DNA of 64,000 nt from NCBI RefSeq assembly GCF_009914755.1, contig NC_060927.1, one strand, 5' to 3'. Every line of letters begins with the position of its first letter. The first letter of the stretch is position 1. Positions 1 to 13,282 of this stretch are shown in pieces. The translations under genes were made by a program, and so were the position numbers. The DNA is from the human T2T-CHM13v2.0 reference genome, Homo sapiens. The notes beneath the pieces were generated by a model. The model was not told the origin of the DNA and did no database searches. It was given only the letters and a program-made list of their open reading frames with translations.

Positions 1-399
1 TATTCATATATTCTCACTTATCTGTGGGAGCTCAAGAAGGTAAAACAATTGACCTCATGGAGGTAGAGTGTAGAATGATGGTTACCAGAGGCTGGGAAGT
101 GTATTGGATGAGGTGGGGTGGGGGGAGTGGGATGTGGGGATAATTAGTGGGTACAAAAATACAGTTAGATCAGTTAGATAGAATAAATAAGATTTAGTAT
201 TTGATTGCACAGCATGGTGACTGCAGTCAACAATAATTTATTGTACATTTAAAAATAACTAAAAGTATAATTGGATGGTTGTAACAGAAAGAATAAATGC
301 TTGAGGTGATGGATACCCTATTTATCCTGATGTGATTATGATGTATTATATGCCTGTATCAAAACATCCCATGTACCCTATGTGTGTGTGTGTGTGTAG

Positions 400-435
<36 letters not shown>

Positions 436-527
436 ATATAACCCTCTCTATATATAGGGTACATGAGACACAAAAATTACATATATATACCTGCTATGTA
501 CCCACAAAAATTAACAATAAAAGAAAA
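1..527 (+). mobile_element. LINE-1 3' end (L1MA-type 3' UTR)
   Basis: Motifs ttctcacttat..tgtgggagct, agaatgatggttaccagaggctggg and gtacccacaaaaatt followed by an A-rich tail match the L1MA 3' UTR. Confidence 0.85.
381..456. repeat. Compound (TG)n/(TA)n microsatellite
   Basis: Directly visible dinucleotide runs inside the L1 3' UTR. Confidence 0.95.
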
Positions 528-1367
528 CATGTTCTCTAAAATGATTAATTATAATTGAGCAATTACTATTGATGTAAGGATGGGTAGATTTTTTTGCATG
601 AAACTGGAAAGCTCAATTCAAACTGGTGTTCCTTTTTGAACAAAAGGCAACAGCAAGGTATTCTAAATTATTTTGGAAATCAGTACTAGGTGAATCATGA
701 GTAGAAAAGCCTAAATATTATAGAACTAACATTGAGTTACAAGTCATTGACTAGTCTCTGATGCAAAGCGATATACTAAAGTAAGAAAATAATAAGTATA
801 GAGGCTTTACCTTAAGATGTGTTCTTTTCAGTTGACACTGTGTCCCATGTACTTCCTTTATTGTATTATGGCAGCCTATCGTTACCATTTGTTGTATCAA
901 CTCAAAAGGCTAGGGCCATATTCCAAACATCTCCACCTTCCTCTAAAAAGCAGTTATAAATCCACAATCCACTAATGTACATGTATATACATTATAGATT
1001 AGGTTAACATACACAAAATGACTTGCTTCACTAACTAGGAGTAGCAATATATCATATCTCTTTTATTTTGCCAATTAATCATTCAAACAACAGTAGTTTC
1101 CTATTAGCAGGAAGTCTAACATTTCCTGATGGAGTGCTTCTTCTTCCTTGTCATTCCGGGTTGTTCAGCTGGCTTTCTCAGGCCAAAAGCTAGCAGTCAT
1201 ATTTCCAAGATAATTGCAAATTTGCATTAATCTTCTACGTATAGTTTCTTATTGCCATATGATGCCACTATTGAAGCTTAGTCCTGTCCAGTTCCATAAA
1301 TGTTCACCAGTTTGTGGTGATACCTTTCTGGTCTAAGTTCCTACATTGTTTTCCCTGCACTCTTGGG

Positions 1368-1630
1368 TTTAATGTAGAGGGTTCCTGGTTAAGATTCTGA
1401 GTTCTGTAGTCCTGTGAACTGAATTTGAATATTGCCTTTGCTTCTTTTTAGCTGTGTGACTAAAGTCAAGTTATTGAACTTTCTGAGCCTCAGTTTCCTC
1501 CTCTATAAAATGAAGATAATAATAGAACTTATCTGATAGTGGTGTTGTGAAAATTAAATGAGACAACACATATCAAGCAAACTGCCTGGCACCTCCAAGA
1601 TTTGCAGGAAATGTGTGCCCTTACTATCAC
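1368..1630 (+). mobile_element. MIR SINE
   Basis: MIR core: agctgtgtgac...ctgagcctcagtttcctc.tctataaaatgaagataataatag...tgtgaaaattaaatgag. Confidence 0.85.
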
Positions 1631-1879
1631 TATGACTGCTACTATTATTAGTGATGCAGTAATCCTTTCCAGGAGGATAGCAACATTTCAAGTTTGCTGT
1701 AGTGCAAAGCTTAGTGTCTTCAGTATTTTCCTATTGGAGAGAAACTGGGGTCTCTATGCAAATTAGTCTACCTTGAGCCCATGGCTCTCCGTACTGCAGC
1801 AATTGACCTCCTGTTTGTACATTTCTCCAAGAAAAATGGGAAAGTTTATGATAGGCAACTCATGGATAATTAAATTTGA

Positions 1880-2360
1880 ATGGTCAGTACATATAATCTT
1901 ACTAGTAACTCAGGAAAATACAAATTGGATAAAAACGAGATAATTTTCTATACCCAATTCATCTACAAAAATAAATTTCTGATAACATCAATCTGTAGAG
2001 TTGTGGCACAAGGGCAAACTTCATGTGTTGTAGGTGAGAGGGTAAGTCATTACAACCATTTCAGTTCACACTGTCTCGAAGTTTTAGGGAAAGGAAAAAT
2101 AAATGTGATTTATTCATAAACTAGAACATTACATAGTATTAAAATGAAGTGTGTGTGTATCTGTCAACATGGATACATTTGAAAAGCATAATGTTGAGTA
2201 AAAAAATAAGCAAATTGCTAAAGGATGTATAGAGTATACCATTTGCATACACTCATAAAACACACAAATAAGTATACATACATATGTGATAAAAATATTA
2301 AAACATACAGGCTAATATTATATACCAATATGAGGATGTTAGTTACTTCTGGGAAATGAG
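1880..2360 (+). mobile_element. Highly decayed LINE-1 3' region (L1ME-like)
   Basis: Degenerate L1 ORF2-end and 3' UTR motifs (caacatggata...aaagcataatgttgagt). Confidence 0.5.
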
Positions 2361-2382
2361 GGCGGCAGAAAGGAGGAACAGA

Positions 2383-2672
2383 GTGTGGGCGCAGTGGCTC
2401 ATGCCTGTAATCCCAGCACTTTGGGAGGCCATGGAGGTCTGATTGCTTGAGGTTAGGAGCTCAAGACCAGCCTGGCCAACATGGTGAAATCCCATCTCTA
2501 CTAAAAATACAAAAATTAGCCAGGTGTGGTGACGGGTGCCAGTAATCCCAGCCACTCAGGAGGCTGAAGCAGGAAAATCTCTTGAACCAGGAGGCAGAGT
2601 TTGCAGTGAGGCAAGATCATACCCCTGCACCCCAGCCTGGACAACAGAGTGAAACTCCATCTCAGAAAAAAT
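2383..2672 (+). mobile_element. Full-length Alu (AluS-like)
   Basis: Dimeric Alu with taaaaatacaaaaatt linker. 17-bp TSD agaaaggaggaacagag at 2367-2383 and 2673-2689. Confidence 0.97.
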
Positions 2673-3317
2673 AGAAAGGAGGAACAGAGAACCGAGAGGG
2701 GTTATAGCTCTCTATATAACATTTTATTTCCTTTAAAAATTTATGGCTATATTGTAACATGTAGTTTGTTACATATGTGTGATGTAGGTAACATCTGTTA
2801 CATATGTGTGATGGGTTCATAGGTATACATAAAATCAATTTTTCTTTCTGTAAACATCAATTATTTAATAACATGACATAAAATAAAGACAATTGGAAAA
2901 ATAGCTCTTTTAGGCTTTGAGATAATTAGAAAACACTTGGGGAAGAATAAAATTAGATAGCTACTTCATATCATATATTAAAGAGAATTCCCTGTGGGGT
3001 TTAAATTTTAAATAAAAAGAAAGTAGAGCAGAAGATAATGTAGGCGATTATTTGTCTGATCTTAATAGGAAAACTTTAAGCATATAGACAAGAGAAATTT
3101 AGGCAAAAAAGTACATTATTTCTACATAAAATTCAAAGCTCTGCTATGTCCAAAATCTATAAACAAAATATAAATGATGAGCTATTTAAATTGGCATTGT
3201 TAACAGGTAAAGGATTTGTAGAAACAATAGATATAAAATTATCCCATGAGAAAAATATGATTATGACACCAACAGACAATTTTCAAAGGGATAAATAACA
3301 ATGACCAAAGTGTGAAT

Positions 3318-3400
3318 GTGTTCAGGAACATGGTTATTGACTCTATGCCTCTCAGCTCCAAATTAGCCCTTCAGCACCTGCTCCAATATAATGGACTGCA
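3318..3400 (+). mobile_element. 5' part of an ERVL-class solo LTR (LTR33/LTR41-like), split by L1
   Basis: tgcctctcagctccaaatt..ccctt matches the recalled LTR33-group start. The element resumes at ~8077. Confidence 0.55.
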
Positions 3401-3401
3401 A

Positions 3402-6400
3402 TCTTTTTTTTTCTTTTGAACTTTTAGGTTCAAGGGGTACATGTGAAAGTTTGTTCCATAGGAAAATTATATATAATGGGGCTCTGGTTTACAGATAGCT
3501 TCGTCATCTAGTTAATCAGCATAACACCGAATGGGTAGTTTTTCAATCCTCACCCTCCTCCCACCCTCCACTTTCAAGCAGGCCCTGGTATTTATTGTTC
3601 CTTTCCTTGTGTCCATGTGTACTCAGTGTTTAGCTCCCACTTATAAGTGGAACAGGTACTATTTGGTTTCCTGTTCCTGCATTAATTCAGTTAGGATAAT
3701 AGCCTCCATCCATGTTGTTACAAAGGACAAACTATGCATTTGACAAAGGTCTAATATCCAGAATCTATAAGAAACATAATCGAATCAACAAGCAAAAAAC
3801 AAACAATCCTATTAAAAAGTGGCCAAAGGACATGAACAGACACTTCCAAAAGGAGACATACATACAACCAATAAGCATATGAAAAAAAGCTCAATATCAC
3901 TAATCATTAGGGAAATACAAATCAAAACCAAAATGAGATACAATCTCATACCAGTCAGCATAACTATTAATATTATTAAAAATCAAAAATAACAGATGCT
4001 GGCAAGGTTGCAGAGAAAAGGGAATGATTATATGCTGTTGGTGGGAATGTAAATTAGATTAGCCATGTTGCTCCAAAGGACATGCTCTCATTTTTTTTTA
4101 TGGCTACATAGTAGTCCATGGTGTAGATGTATATTTTCTTTATTCAGTCCACCACTGATGGGCATTTAGATTGATTCAGTGTCTTCACTATTGTCAATAA
4201 TGCTGCAATGAACAAAATGTGCATGTGTCTTTATAGTGGAACCATTTATATTCCCTTTGGTGTGTACCCAACAATGGGATTTCTAGGTCAAATGGCATTT
4301 CTATTTTAATTTCTTTCAGAAATCTCCAGACTGCCTTCCACAGTGGCTGATCTAATTTACACTCCCATCAGGAGTGTGTAAGTGTTCCCTTTTCTCTGTG
4401 ATCTTACCATCATCTGTTATTTTTTGACTTTTTAATAATATCCATGCTGACTGTGTGAGATGGTAACTCATTGTGGTTTTGATTTGCATTGCTCTGATGA
4501 TTAGTGATATTGAGCTTTATTTCATATGCTTTTTTGTTGCATGTATGTCTTCTTTTGAGAAGTATCTGTTCATATCCTTTGCCCATTTTTTAATAGGGTT
4601 GTTTGGTTTTTGCTTGTGATTTGTTTATGTTCCTTATAGATTCTGGATATTAGAACTTTGTCAGATGCATAGTTTGCAAATATTTTCTCCCGTTCTGCAG
4701 GTTGTCTGTTTATTAAGTTTCTTTTGCTGCTCAGAAACTCTTTAATTAGGTCTTACTTGTCAATTTTTATTTTTGAAATTGCTTTTGGAGCCTGCATCAT
4801 GAAGTCTTTGCCAGGGTTTATGTCCAGAATGGTATATTCTAGGTTTTCTTCTAGGGTTTTTGTGGTTTTGGGTTTTTACATTAAAGTCTTTGATCCACCC
4901 TGAGTTGATTTTCATATATGGTCAAAAGTAAGGGGTCCAGCTAAAATCTTCTGCATATGGCTAACCAGTCATTCCTGAAGCATTTATTGAATAAGGTGTC
5001 CTTTCTCCATTGTTTGTTATTGTCAGCTTTTTCAAAGACAAGATGGTTGTACATGTATGGCTTTATTTCTGGGTTCTCTATCTTGTTTCAGTTGTCTATG
5101 TGTCTGTTTTTGTACCCAGAACTATGCTGTTTTGGTTGCTGTAGCCTTGTAGTATAGTTTGAAGTTGGGTAGTGTGATGCCTCCAGGTTTGTTTGTTTGT
5201 TTTTGATTTGGATTACCTTGGCTGTTAGCCAGGCTCTTTTTTGGTTCTAAATGAATTTCAGTCAACAGTTCTAATTCTATGAACCATGTAATTAGTTGTT
5301 TGATAGGAATAACATTGAATCTGTCAATTGCTTTTGGCTGTATGGTCATTTTAACAATATTAATTCTTCCTATCCATGAGCATGGGATGTTTTTTTCATT
5401 TGGCTATGTCATCTGTGGTTTCTTTGAGCAGTATTTTGTAATTCTCATTGTAGAGGCCTTTCACCTTCCTGGTTGGTTGTATTCCTAGGTATTTTATCCT
5501 TTCTGTGGCAATCATGAATGGGATTGCATTCTTGATTTGGCCCTCAGCTTGGCTGTTGGTGTATAGAAATGCTACTGATTTTTGTACATTGATTTTGTAT
5601 CCTGCAACTTTGCTGAAGTTAGTTTATCAGTTCAAGGAGCATTTGGGCAGAGGTTATGGGGTATTCTAGATGTAAATCCATATTGTCTGTAAGCAGGGAT
5701 GGTTTGATTTCCTCTCTCCCTACTTGGATGCCTTTTATTTCTTTCTCTTGCCTGATTGCTCTGACTGGGACTTCCTGTGCTTTGTTGAATAGAAATAGTG
5801 AGAGTGGGCATCCTTGTCTTGTTCCAGTTCTTAAGTAGAATGCTTTCAGCTTTTGCCTGTTTATATGATGTTGGCTCTGGGTTTGTCATAGGTAGCTCTT
5901 ATTATTTTGAGGTATGTTCCTTCAATGCCTAGTTTGTTAGTGATTTTTAGCATGAAGGGATGTTGGATTTTGTGGAAAGCCTTTTCTGCATCTGTTGAGA
6001 GGTAATGTAGTTTTTTGTTTTTAGTTCTGTTTATGTGATGAATCACATTTATTAATTTGTATAGATTACACCAACCTTGCATCCCAGGAATAAAGCCTAC
6101 TTGATTGTGGTGGGTTAACCTTTTGGTGTGCTGCCAGATTCAGTTTGCTAGTATTTGTTGAGGATTTTTAAATCTATATTCATTAGGGTTATTGGTCTGA
6201 AGTTTTCTTTTTTTCATTATGTCTCTGCCAGGTTTCAGTATGTGGATGATACTGGTCTCATAGAATGAGGTACGAAGGAGTCACTTCTCCTTGACTTTTA
6301 GTAATAGTTTCAGTAGGATTGGTACCAGCATTTCCTTATACATCTGGTGGAATTTGGCCGTGTATCTATCTGGTCCAGGGCTTTTACTGATTGGTAGCTT

Positions 6401-8075
6401 TTTTATTACTGATTCAATTTCAGAACTCCTTATTGGTTGTTCAGAGTTTCCATTTCTCCTTAGTTCAATATTGGGAGGTCTTGTGTTTCCAGGACTTTAT
6501 CCATTTCCTCTAGGTTTTCTGTTTGTTTGCATAGAGGTGTTTGTAATAATCTCTGAGGGTTTTCTGTATTTCTGTGGCAACAGTGGTAACGTCTTCTTTG
6601 TCAATTTTGATTGTGTTTATTTCAATCTTCTCTCTTTTTTAAATTAGTCTAGCTAGTGGTCTGTCAATCGTATTTATTTATTAAGAATCAACCTTTGGTT
6701 TCATTGATCTTTTACATATTTTTTCTCATCTCCATTTCATTCAATTCAGCTCTAATTTTCATTATTTCTTTTCTTCTGCTAGATTTGGATTTGGCTTGCT
6801 CTTGTTTTTCTAATTCCTCTAGTTGTGATGTTAGGTTGTTAATTTGAGATCTTTGTAACTTTTTAATATGGATGTTTAGCACTATATATTTTCCTCTTGA
6901 CACTGTGTTTGCTGTGTCTCAGAGATTCTAGTATGTCGTATCTCCGTTTCATTAATTTCAAAGAGTTTTTGGATTTCTGTTTTAATTTCATTGTTTGCCA
7001 AAAAGTCATTCAGGGGCCTATTGTTTAATTTAATTTTCATCTAATTGTATGGTTTTGAGAGATCTTTTTGGTATTAATTTCTATTTTTATTGCACTGTGA
7101 TCCAAGAGTGTGGTTGGTATCATTTTTTTTGTAAATTTGTTGAGATTTGTCTTATAGCTCAGTGTGTGGTTGATTTTAGAGCATGTCCCATGTGCAGCTG
7201 AGAAGACTGTATGTTCTGTTTTTGTTAGGTGGAGTGTTCTGTAGATGTCTGTTAGGTCAGTTTGGTGAAGTGCTGAGTTTGGGTCCCAAATATCTTTGTT
7301 ACTTTTCTGTCTTAATGATCTGTTTAGTACTGTCAGTGGGGAATTGAAATCTCCCACTATTATTGTGTGGTTATCTTACTCTCTTTGTAGGTCTCAAAGA
7401 ACTTGTTTTATGAATCTGAGTGCTCAGTTTTGGGTACATAAATATTTAGAATAGTTGAGTCTTCTCATTGAATTGAACCCTTTGCCATTACGTAATGCCC
7501 TTCTTTGTCTGTTTTTTAAAATCATTGTTGGTTTAAAATCTGTTTTGTCTGAAATTAGAATAGCAACTCTAGCCCTTTTTGTTTTCCATTTGCTTGATAA
7601 ATTTTTCTTCATCTCTTTACTTTGAGCCTATGGGCATCATTGTACATGAGATGGGTCTCTTGAAGACAGCATATAGTTAGATCATCCTTTGATATCCTAC
7701 TTACCACTCTGTGCCTTTTAAGTGGGGCCTTTATCCCATTTACATTCAAGTCTATTACTGATACGTGCAGATTTGAACCTGTGATTGTGTTGTTAGCTGG
7801 TTGTTATGTAGACTTGATTGTGTAGTTGCTTTATAGTGTCAATGGTCTATAAACATAAGCACATATATAGACCATTTTTTTTTTTGGTGGCCAGTAATGG
7901 TCTGTAATTTCCATGTTTATCACTTTCTTAAAGACTTCTTGTTAGGCAAGTCTGGTGGGAATGAATTCCCTTAGCATTTACTTGTTTGGAAGTTATTTTA
8001 CTTCTCCTACACTTAGAAAACTTAATTTGGCTGGGTATAAAATTTTTTGTTGGAATTTCTTTTCCTCTTTTAAAA
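3402..8075 (-). mobile_element. 5'-truncated LINE-1 (old L1PA, approx. L1PA13-16) with decayed ORF2 and ORF1 C-terminus
   Basis: Poly-T and 3' UTR at the left. Minus-strand peptides match ORF2 RT ([31 protein letters not shown], 5861-6082) and endonuclease (GDFNSPL..DHSAIKIEIN, 7037-7357; VAILISDKTDFK, 7424-7612). Many stops and frameshifts. Confidence 0.97.
3729..4065 (+). mobile_element. Inverted (plus-strand) L1 ORF2 segment embedded in the minus-strand L1
   Basis: Sense-orientation L1 sequence (aactatgcat.tgacaaaggtctaatatccagaatc) flanked by a ~20-bp direct repeat ccatgttg.t.caaaggaca. Confidence 0.9.
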
Positions 8076-8076
8076 T

Positions 8077-8580
8077 GAGCATAATGTCAAGCTTTGTTAG
8101 TAGATTAGACTGGAGGGACATTAGTAGGGTAAGGGATGTTCTGCTGGGTCTGGTGCTATGTTTTGTTTATGCTGCTGAAGTTGCATCATGAGCCAGTTGT
8201 GCAGGAATGTCAGTACATACAGTGTGCTATGCCTCAGCTATATGCCCACAGTGCACACCCTCTCAGTGATCTCACAGCCTCATCATAGACTTGTTTTACA
8301 CTTTCATGTGGTCCTCCTAATGCAGAAACTACATAGTGCAAAATGAGCCTGCAGAGGTACCCTGACAACCCCTGCATGCCCACCCAGCAACCTTGGTTAC
8401 TTGTAACCTGAAGGGTTGTAACTCATGGCTTTTCCAGAGTGACACCATACACTCCAGGTCTGTGTCCACAGTGGCATTGCTGTATTTGCTCTCATACCTG
8501 CCCATCCACCAGCTTTGGCTCAGCTGCATACCAGAGGCCTGCTTCCTACTTGCTGGGTGACTGGGACCAACTCTTTGGAT
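8077..8580 (+). mobile_element. 3' part of the ERVL-class LTR (LTR33/LTR41-like)
   Basis: gcataatgtcaagctttgttagtaga...ctggagggaca continues the consensus begun at 3318-3400. Confidence 0.55.
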
Positions 8581-9719
8581 TTTCAATGCACTCAGGAAAT
8601 TTCACATTTCATGGCAAATAATTTAATATGAGCATACTATTCTCTTTTTGACTTTTATAATCACTCCCAGATAGAATGTTCCATACCCATTATGCAACAG
8701 AAAGGACTTGATTCTCCAAAATTAAGTAATTTTGACTTAAGACATTTTTGATTTATTTGTAAATCTTTACCAAGATTTACAATACCTTAAGAAGAAAACA
8801 CAAATACTGCTAGTGATATTCACTTAAAAAACTGCTTACTTATTTGTATTCCAACTGTAGTAAGCAGATATTGACTGAAGTTGGTATCAACAATCAAGAT
8901 TTATTGACCCTAGGTAAATATTATAGAAAATAATATCAAGGTCAGTACTGGCTCAAGAGACCATTGATCTTGTGTGAAGGCTAAAATTTATCAATATTTC
9001 CATTATAGCACTACCTCATATTATAAAGATTTCTTTTATGAACTGTAGTCTTCAGGAAGTTTATGGTTCATTCTGAAGGAGGATGAGAAGACCATTTAGA
9101 AACTGTTAGAATTATGGGCATGAAGACTAAACAATAGTGTAGTTTAGTGGAACGTCACAAATTGTTTCCTAAAAGCACTTTTGCAGTTTATTTTTATTTT
9201 GGTGATTGCATTTTTATGTGGAGTGTGGCTGGTGCTAGGATGGTGCTGTTGTCAGCCATGTAGAGGCTCATGGAAGAAATGTACAGGGAATCAATAGATT
9301 TAAGAATAAAGATGGCAGAGCAGAACTGGGAGGATGAGCAGAGCTGAGAGGAGTCATTTAGATGTTCACTTGTAATAATACTTCCCTGTTCTGCATAACT
9401 CCTTTATGTACAGTTCTACTGTAGTTTGCAGGGTTATGTCACAAAGCGGAAATAAGAACCACAGGCAGCAGAGGGCACCACAAAAAAAAATATCCTTAGG
9501 AAATATATTCATATTTTTACTGCAGAGAGTAAACTGATACATATGTATTAAAATAAGATTTTGATAGCCAGTGCAAATTCTTATTTTTGAAATCATGGGC
9601 TTACATTAAAACAGGACTGACTGCTGCCAGAAATGAGCAAGAACCATCAGTACCAAATCATTAACAAAGAAAGACCTATGTAAATTTACAACAAAAATTT
9701 ATTGAAACTTTCCTGTAAT

Positions 9720-11155
9720 CCTCCTACTACAGAATCTAAGAACTCTCAATAGCAAATTGTATTGAAAAATATGCTTTATTTGATCAGCAGAGTGATCTTT
9801 CAAAAGTGGATTATTCTAATTGTAGTTTACCTAAAGAAATGGTAAAAAAAAATTTACAGTGGTATAGTCTTTCAGCAATAATTAGAAAATCAATCTTTCA
9901 GCAGATTATTATTAAGATAATTGTGGACATATATAGATAATATATATGTGGTGTTCACATATAATAAGGGAGAAGCCTATGAGGATTATTAAAGATATGT
10001 CAATTATGTATAATTCAAATATGTAATTTCAAGAAAAAAAGGCAAATACTATTACGGGTCAAACACAGAAGAAATACAAATTCTAATACACGTATTAAAA
10101 AGTTTACTTTAGTGATAACCAAAGAGATCTAATTATAATTAGCATTAATAATGTGATTTTTTAAAAAGACATTCCAAATTTTAATAATACAGAAAACTAC
10201 CTAGTGTTGGTAAGAATTTGCAGAAAATGGGGTTTTTCACATAATCTCTTCAGTGAAGTATTAGTCAAAGCTGAGAGAAAGAGGCTTTTGACCATGCAAT
10301 TTTATTTCCAGGAACGTATCCTAAGTAAATAACAAGAAATTAAGAATTTTAAGCACATGATGGTTTACTGTGGCATTATTGAAAATAATAAAAATTTTAA
10401 AATACTCAAAATGTCCAACAATTGTTGAGAGTGGTATCCCCCATGGGTCCTGAGTATTCATCCACATTCTTGGAAAGTGTTCCAGATTGCAAGGCTTATA
10501 TGTTTTGTGTTCTGAGTAGCTTATGTAGCTAGTCACATAGTCAAATGAGTAGGTCAAGGTGACCACAACCTGACTACCATGTAATTTATAACAGCACATG
10601 CCTTGAGAGGAGAAGCCCTGGCTTATGTGTTGCTGGCTACAGTGATTGGCAGATTGTCAAAAAGCCTCAGACTTTTGGTCCTGGGTTCTTCTCTTGTAAT
10701 GCAATCTTTTTTTGTATACAGGTGTCAGCTGAAAGCATGGTACACCTTCCTGGGACTTGACGGGAGGGGAAGACAATGCAAATATGCAGATGATTCTATT
10801 TCTTGCTGTTCTGTGAGTGATAAAATCTTTTTTCTCCTACTTACAGTCTTGTGTCTTCTGTCACCATCCATGAATCAGTAACAGGTTAACTTTTTGGCTT
10901 ACAAGTAGGGTAAAAATCTCAGACTCTTCATGGTTCTTGACACAACAGGGACTTCACTAGTAAGTTAAGTGCATTTGAAAGAGGACTAAGCTGCTGTTGA
11001 AAGTTACGGTCTTGAAAAATACTATCAATATACAAAAATGTTCATGACACATTGATTAGAGAAAAAAATGACAAAACAGTACAGTTTGATATATATTTTT
11101 TAAAGTATGTACATGCGTGGAAAAATTCTAGAAGTGTACGAAAAGGTGAGTAAGA
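9720..11155 (+). mobile_element. Decayed L1ME-like 3' fragments interrupted by an LTR
   Basis: Degenerate L1 motifs (cctagtgttggtaagaat, gcaattttatttccagga, aaatgtccaaca). Confidence 0.5.
10423..10942 (+). mobile_element. ERVL solo LTR (MER54/MER74-group)
   Basis: TG...CA termini and characteristic end caagtagggtaaaaatctcagactcttcatggttcttgaca. Confidence 0.75.
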
Positions 11156-11189
11156 GCATCTTAAAAACAATTGCTTCATGTTTTTCATT

Positions 11190-11371
11190 CAGTGGTTCTC
11201 AAACTTTATTGTGCATCAGAAGTCTGTTAAGATACTGCATGCTCAGTGTCAGCCCCACAGATTCTGATTCAATAGGTCTGGGTGGTGCCCAATGACTTGT
11301 ATTTCTAACAAATTATCAGGTGATGCTGCTGCTGCTGCTGCTCTTCAGGGAACCATACTTTCAGAACCATC
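11190..11371. mobile_element. MER5A hAT-Charlie MITE
   Basis: cagtggttctcaaact...gattctgattca.taggtctgggtggtgccca...actttcagaacca TIRs. Confidence 0.9.
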
Positions 11372-11384
11372 ATTTTAGTCTATG

Positions 11385-11530
11385 TGGTAGTTCAGTGTAC
11401 TAGTTATAGACATGAACTCTGGAGCCAGCTTCCTTGCATGTCTGTCTGATCCTGCCATGTCACAGTTTGACTTTAAGTAAGTTTTAAAATTAGTCTTGCC
11501 TCATTTTCTTATCTGGAAAATGGGGATAAA
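11385..11530 (+). mobile_element. MIR SINE fragment
   Basis: actctggagccag...gcctcattttcttatctggaaaatggggataa. Confidence 0.7.
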
Positions 11531-11684
11531 ATCTCCATTTTAGTAAGATAATAGCACTAAAGCCATAAAAATTGACCCACAATGTCTACCATATTACAAG
11601 TGCTCTTATTATGTTGTGTAGACATCATAAATATATTAAAACCAAGAATGTTACTACTGGTTTTTTGTGTTATAGCTATGGACC

Positions 11685-11860
11685 ATTGTAGTGAACAGAG
11701 TATAAGATAATAGAATCAGGCACACTGTGTATACTGTCACCTATGGTATTTAATTTACTCATCTATAAAATGGGGCATCAACTTCTCTCCTGCAGTTTTT
11801 GGAAGGCTTCAATGCAATTACATATATGAAATACCTGGGAAGTAACTTACATCAGTTAAT
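11685..11860 (+). mobile_element. MIR SINE fragment
   Basis: ctcatctataaaatgggg core. Confidence 0.55.
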
Positions 11861-13282
11861 ATTGATTCTCCTGCTTCTCACACCACTTCTGACCAAGCAT
11901 CACCCATATATTTATCAAAAATTCATAATCACTTATTTGTTTGAATGTTCTGAATGTTTTTGACTTCAGAGATAAATAGCCCACCCTCTTGAAGCTTACA
12001 TTATATGGGGAGAAAATTTTAGGTTTAAGACTAGAAGCTAGAAAGACTAGAGCATTGTAATGGAAAAGGAATATTAGGAGTGAGAAAGTTTGATTTATCT
12101 GCTATTCTGCTGGTAATTTAATGTTTAGTGTTGAGTAAATCTTTTATCTGTGTTTAACTAGTAAAGTGAGAAGGTTGGGTATATATTTCTAAGATCCTTT
12201 AAACTCCTAACAGTCTTTCAATTTAAAACTTCTAATGCTTTATAAATTAGGTGTGAAAAACTGAAATACCTTGTGGACCAGCCATAATAGAAATTTGTGA
12301 AATGGCTGGCTTGCTATAGAGAGTGGTGGAGATACAACCACTTGGAGAGTGCATGCCTGTCTAAAGACATTAACATTAAAATTGTTTAAAAAATATTTAG
12401 CCTGCTTTTAAAAACACTTAAAGAGCTTTGAGATAATCATCTTCTAAATACTTGTAGTTGGAATAGTGAGAAAGAATGGCATTCTGCCTTTAAGCATGAA
12501 GATGAGTTAATGCTGCAAAACAGAATATACTAGCTCTGTTACTGATTAACTCTTTGCATTTCTCATTTCAATGCAAACTGAAATCGTAGTAAATGTTGAG
12601 CAAGATAGATGGCTAAATAATTTTAAAAATCTGTCTACAAAGAGTCAGCTTGCGCCTGAGGTTAGAGGTGTGAGGTAGAGTGCTCTATATTTGCACTGCA
12701 GGTCGCTGATATTTGAAAGGCACATTAATCATGTTATTAATGGGTAATAATAAAGAATCAAAGTATTTTTATTATACATGTATAGAGATTATGACATTGA
12801 GTTCATTAAAGCAAAAATATCCTTTGGAAGACGACTTACAGCAAATGGCAGAGATCATGAAAAGAGATCGTAAAATAAAAGATCTTGCTTCTTACTAAAA
12901 AAATTTTGTCCTGAAAATTTTCGTATATACTACTTTGCTGGACTTATGATTTTGGAAAATGAGACAGGGATAAAATAATCTACTTGCATCCTTGCTTTGA
13001 TTTAACTCAGAATGTTTCGGTTTTCACAAACTAGTGTAAATTAAAGAGTAAGAATGTCAAACGAATGTTGGTTGTATAAAATATGGGTTACTTAGGAGAA
13101 AAAAATTCACTTTGAAAACATCTACAAGGAAGAAGGCTTCAGACCTCAAAAACAATGCCATTTGGCATCACTTTTGGGTTTTTTAATAATATTAAGAATA
13201 AGTTTTTTCCACTAAGGTGTTAGAACTTCAGAAAATTATTAAAAACATTTTACATTTAAATATACATTTTACTTTTAAATTT

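Noticed and set aside
4957-7612. Cluster of ORFs as functional genes (RT/endonuclease)
   Set aside because: These are fragments of one decayed L1 ORF2, broken by stops and frameshifts. The plus-strand ORFs are antisense artefacts.
12830-12920. Minus-strand exon candidate (cag|GACAAA...TTGCT|gtaagt)
   Set aside because: Weak polypyrimidine tract and an unrecognisable peptide, so it is unsupported.
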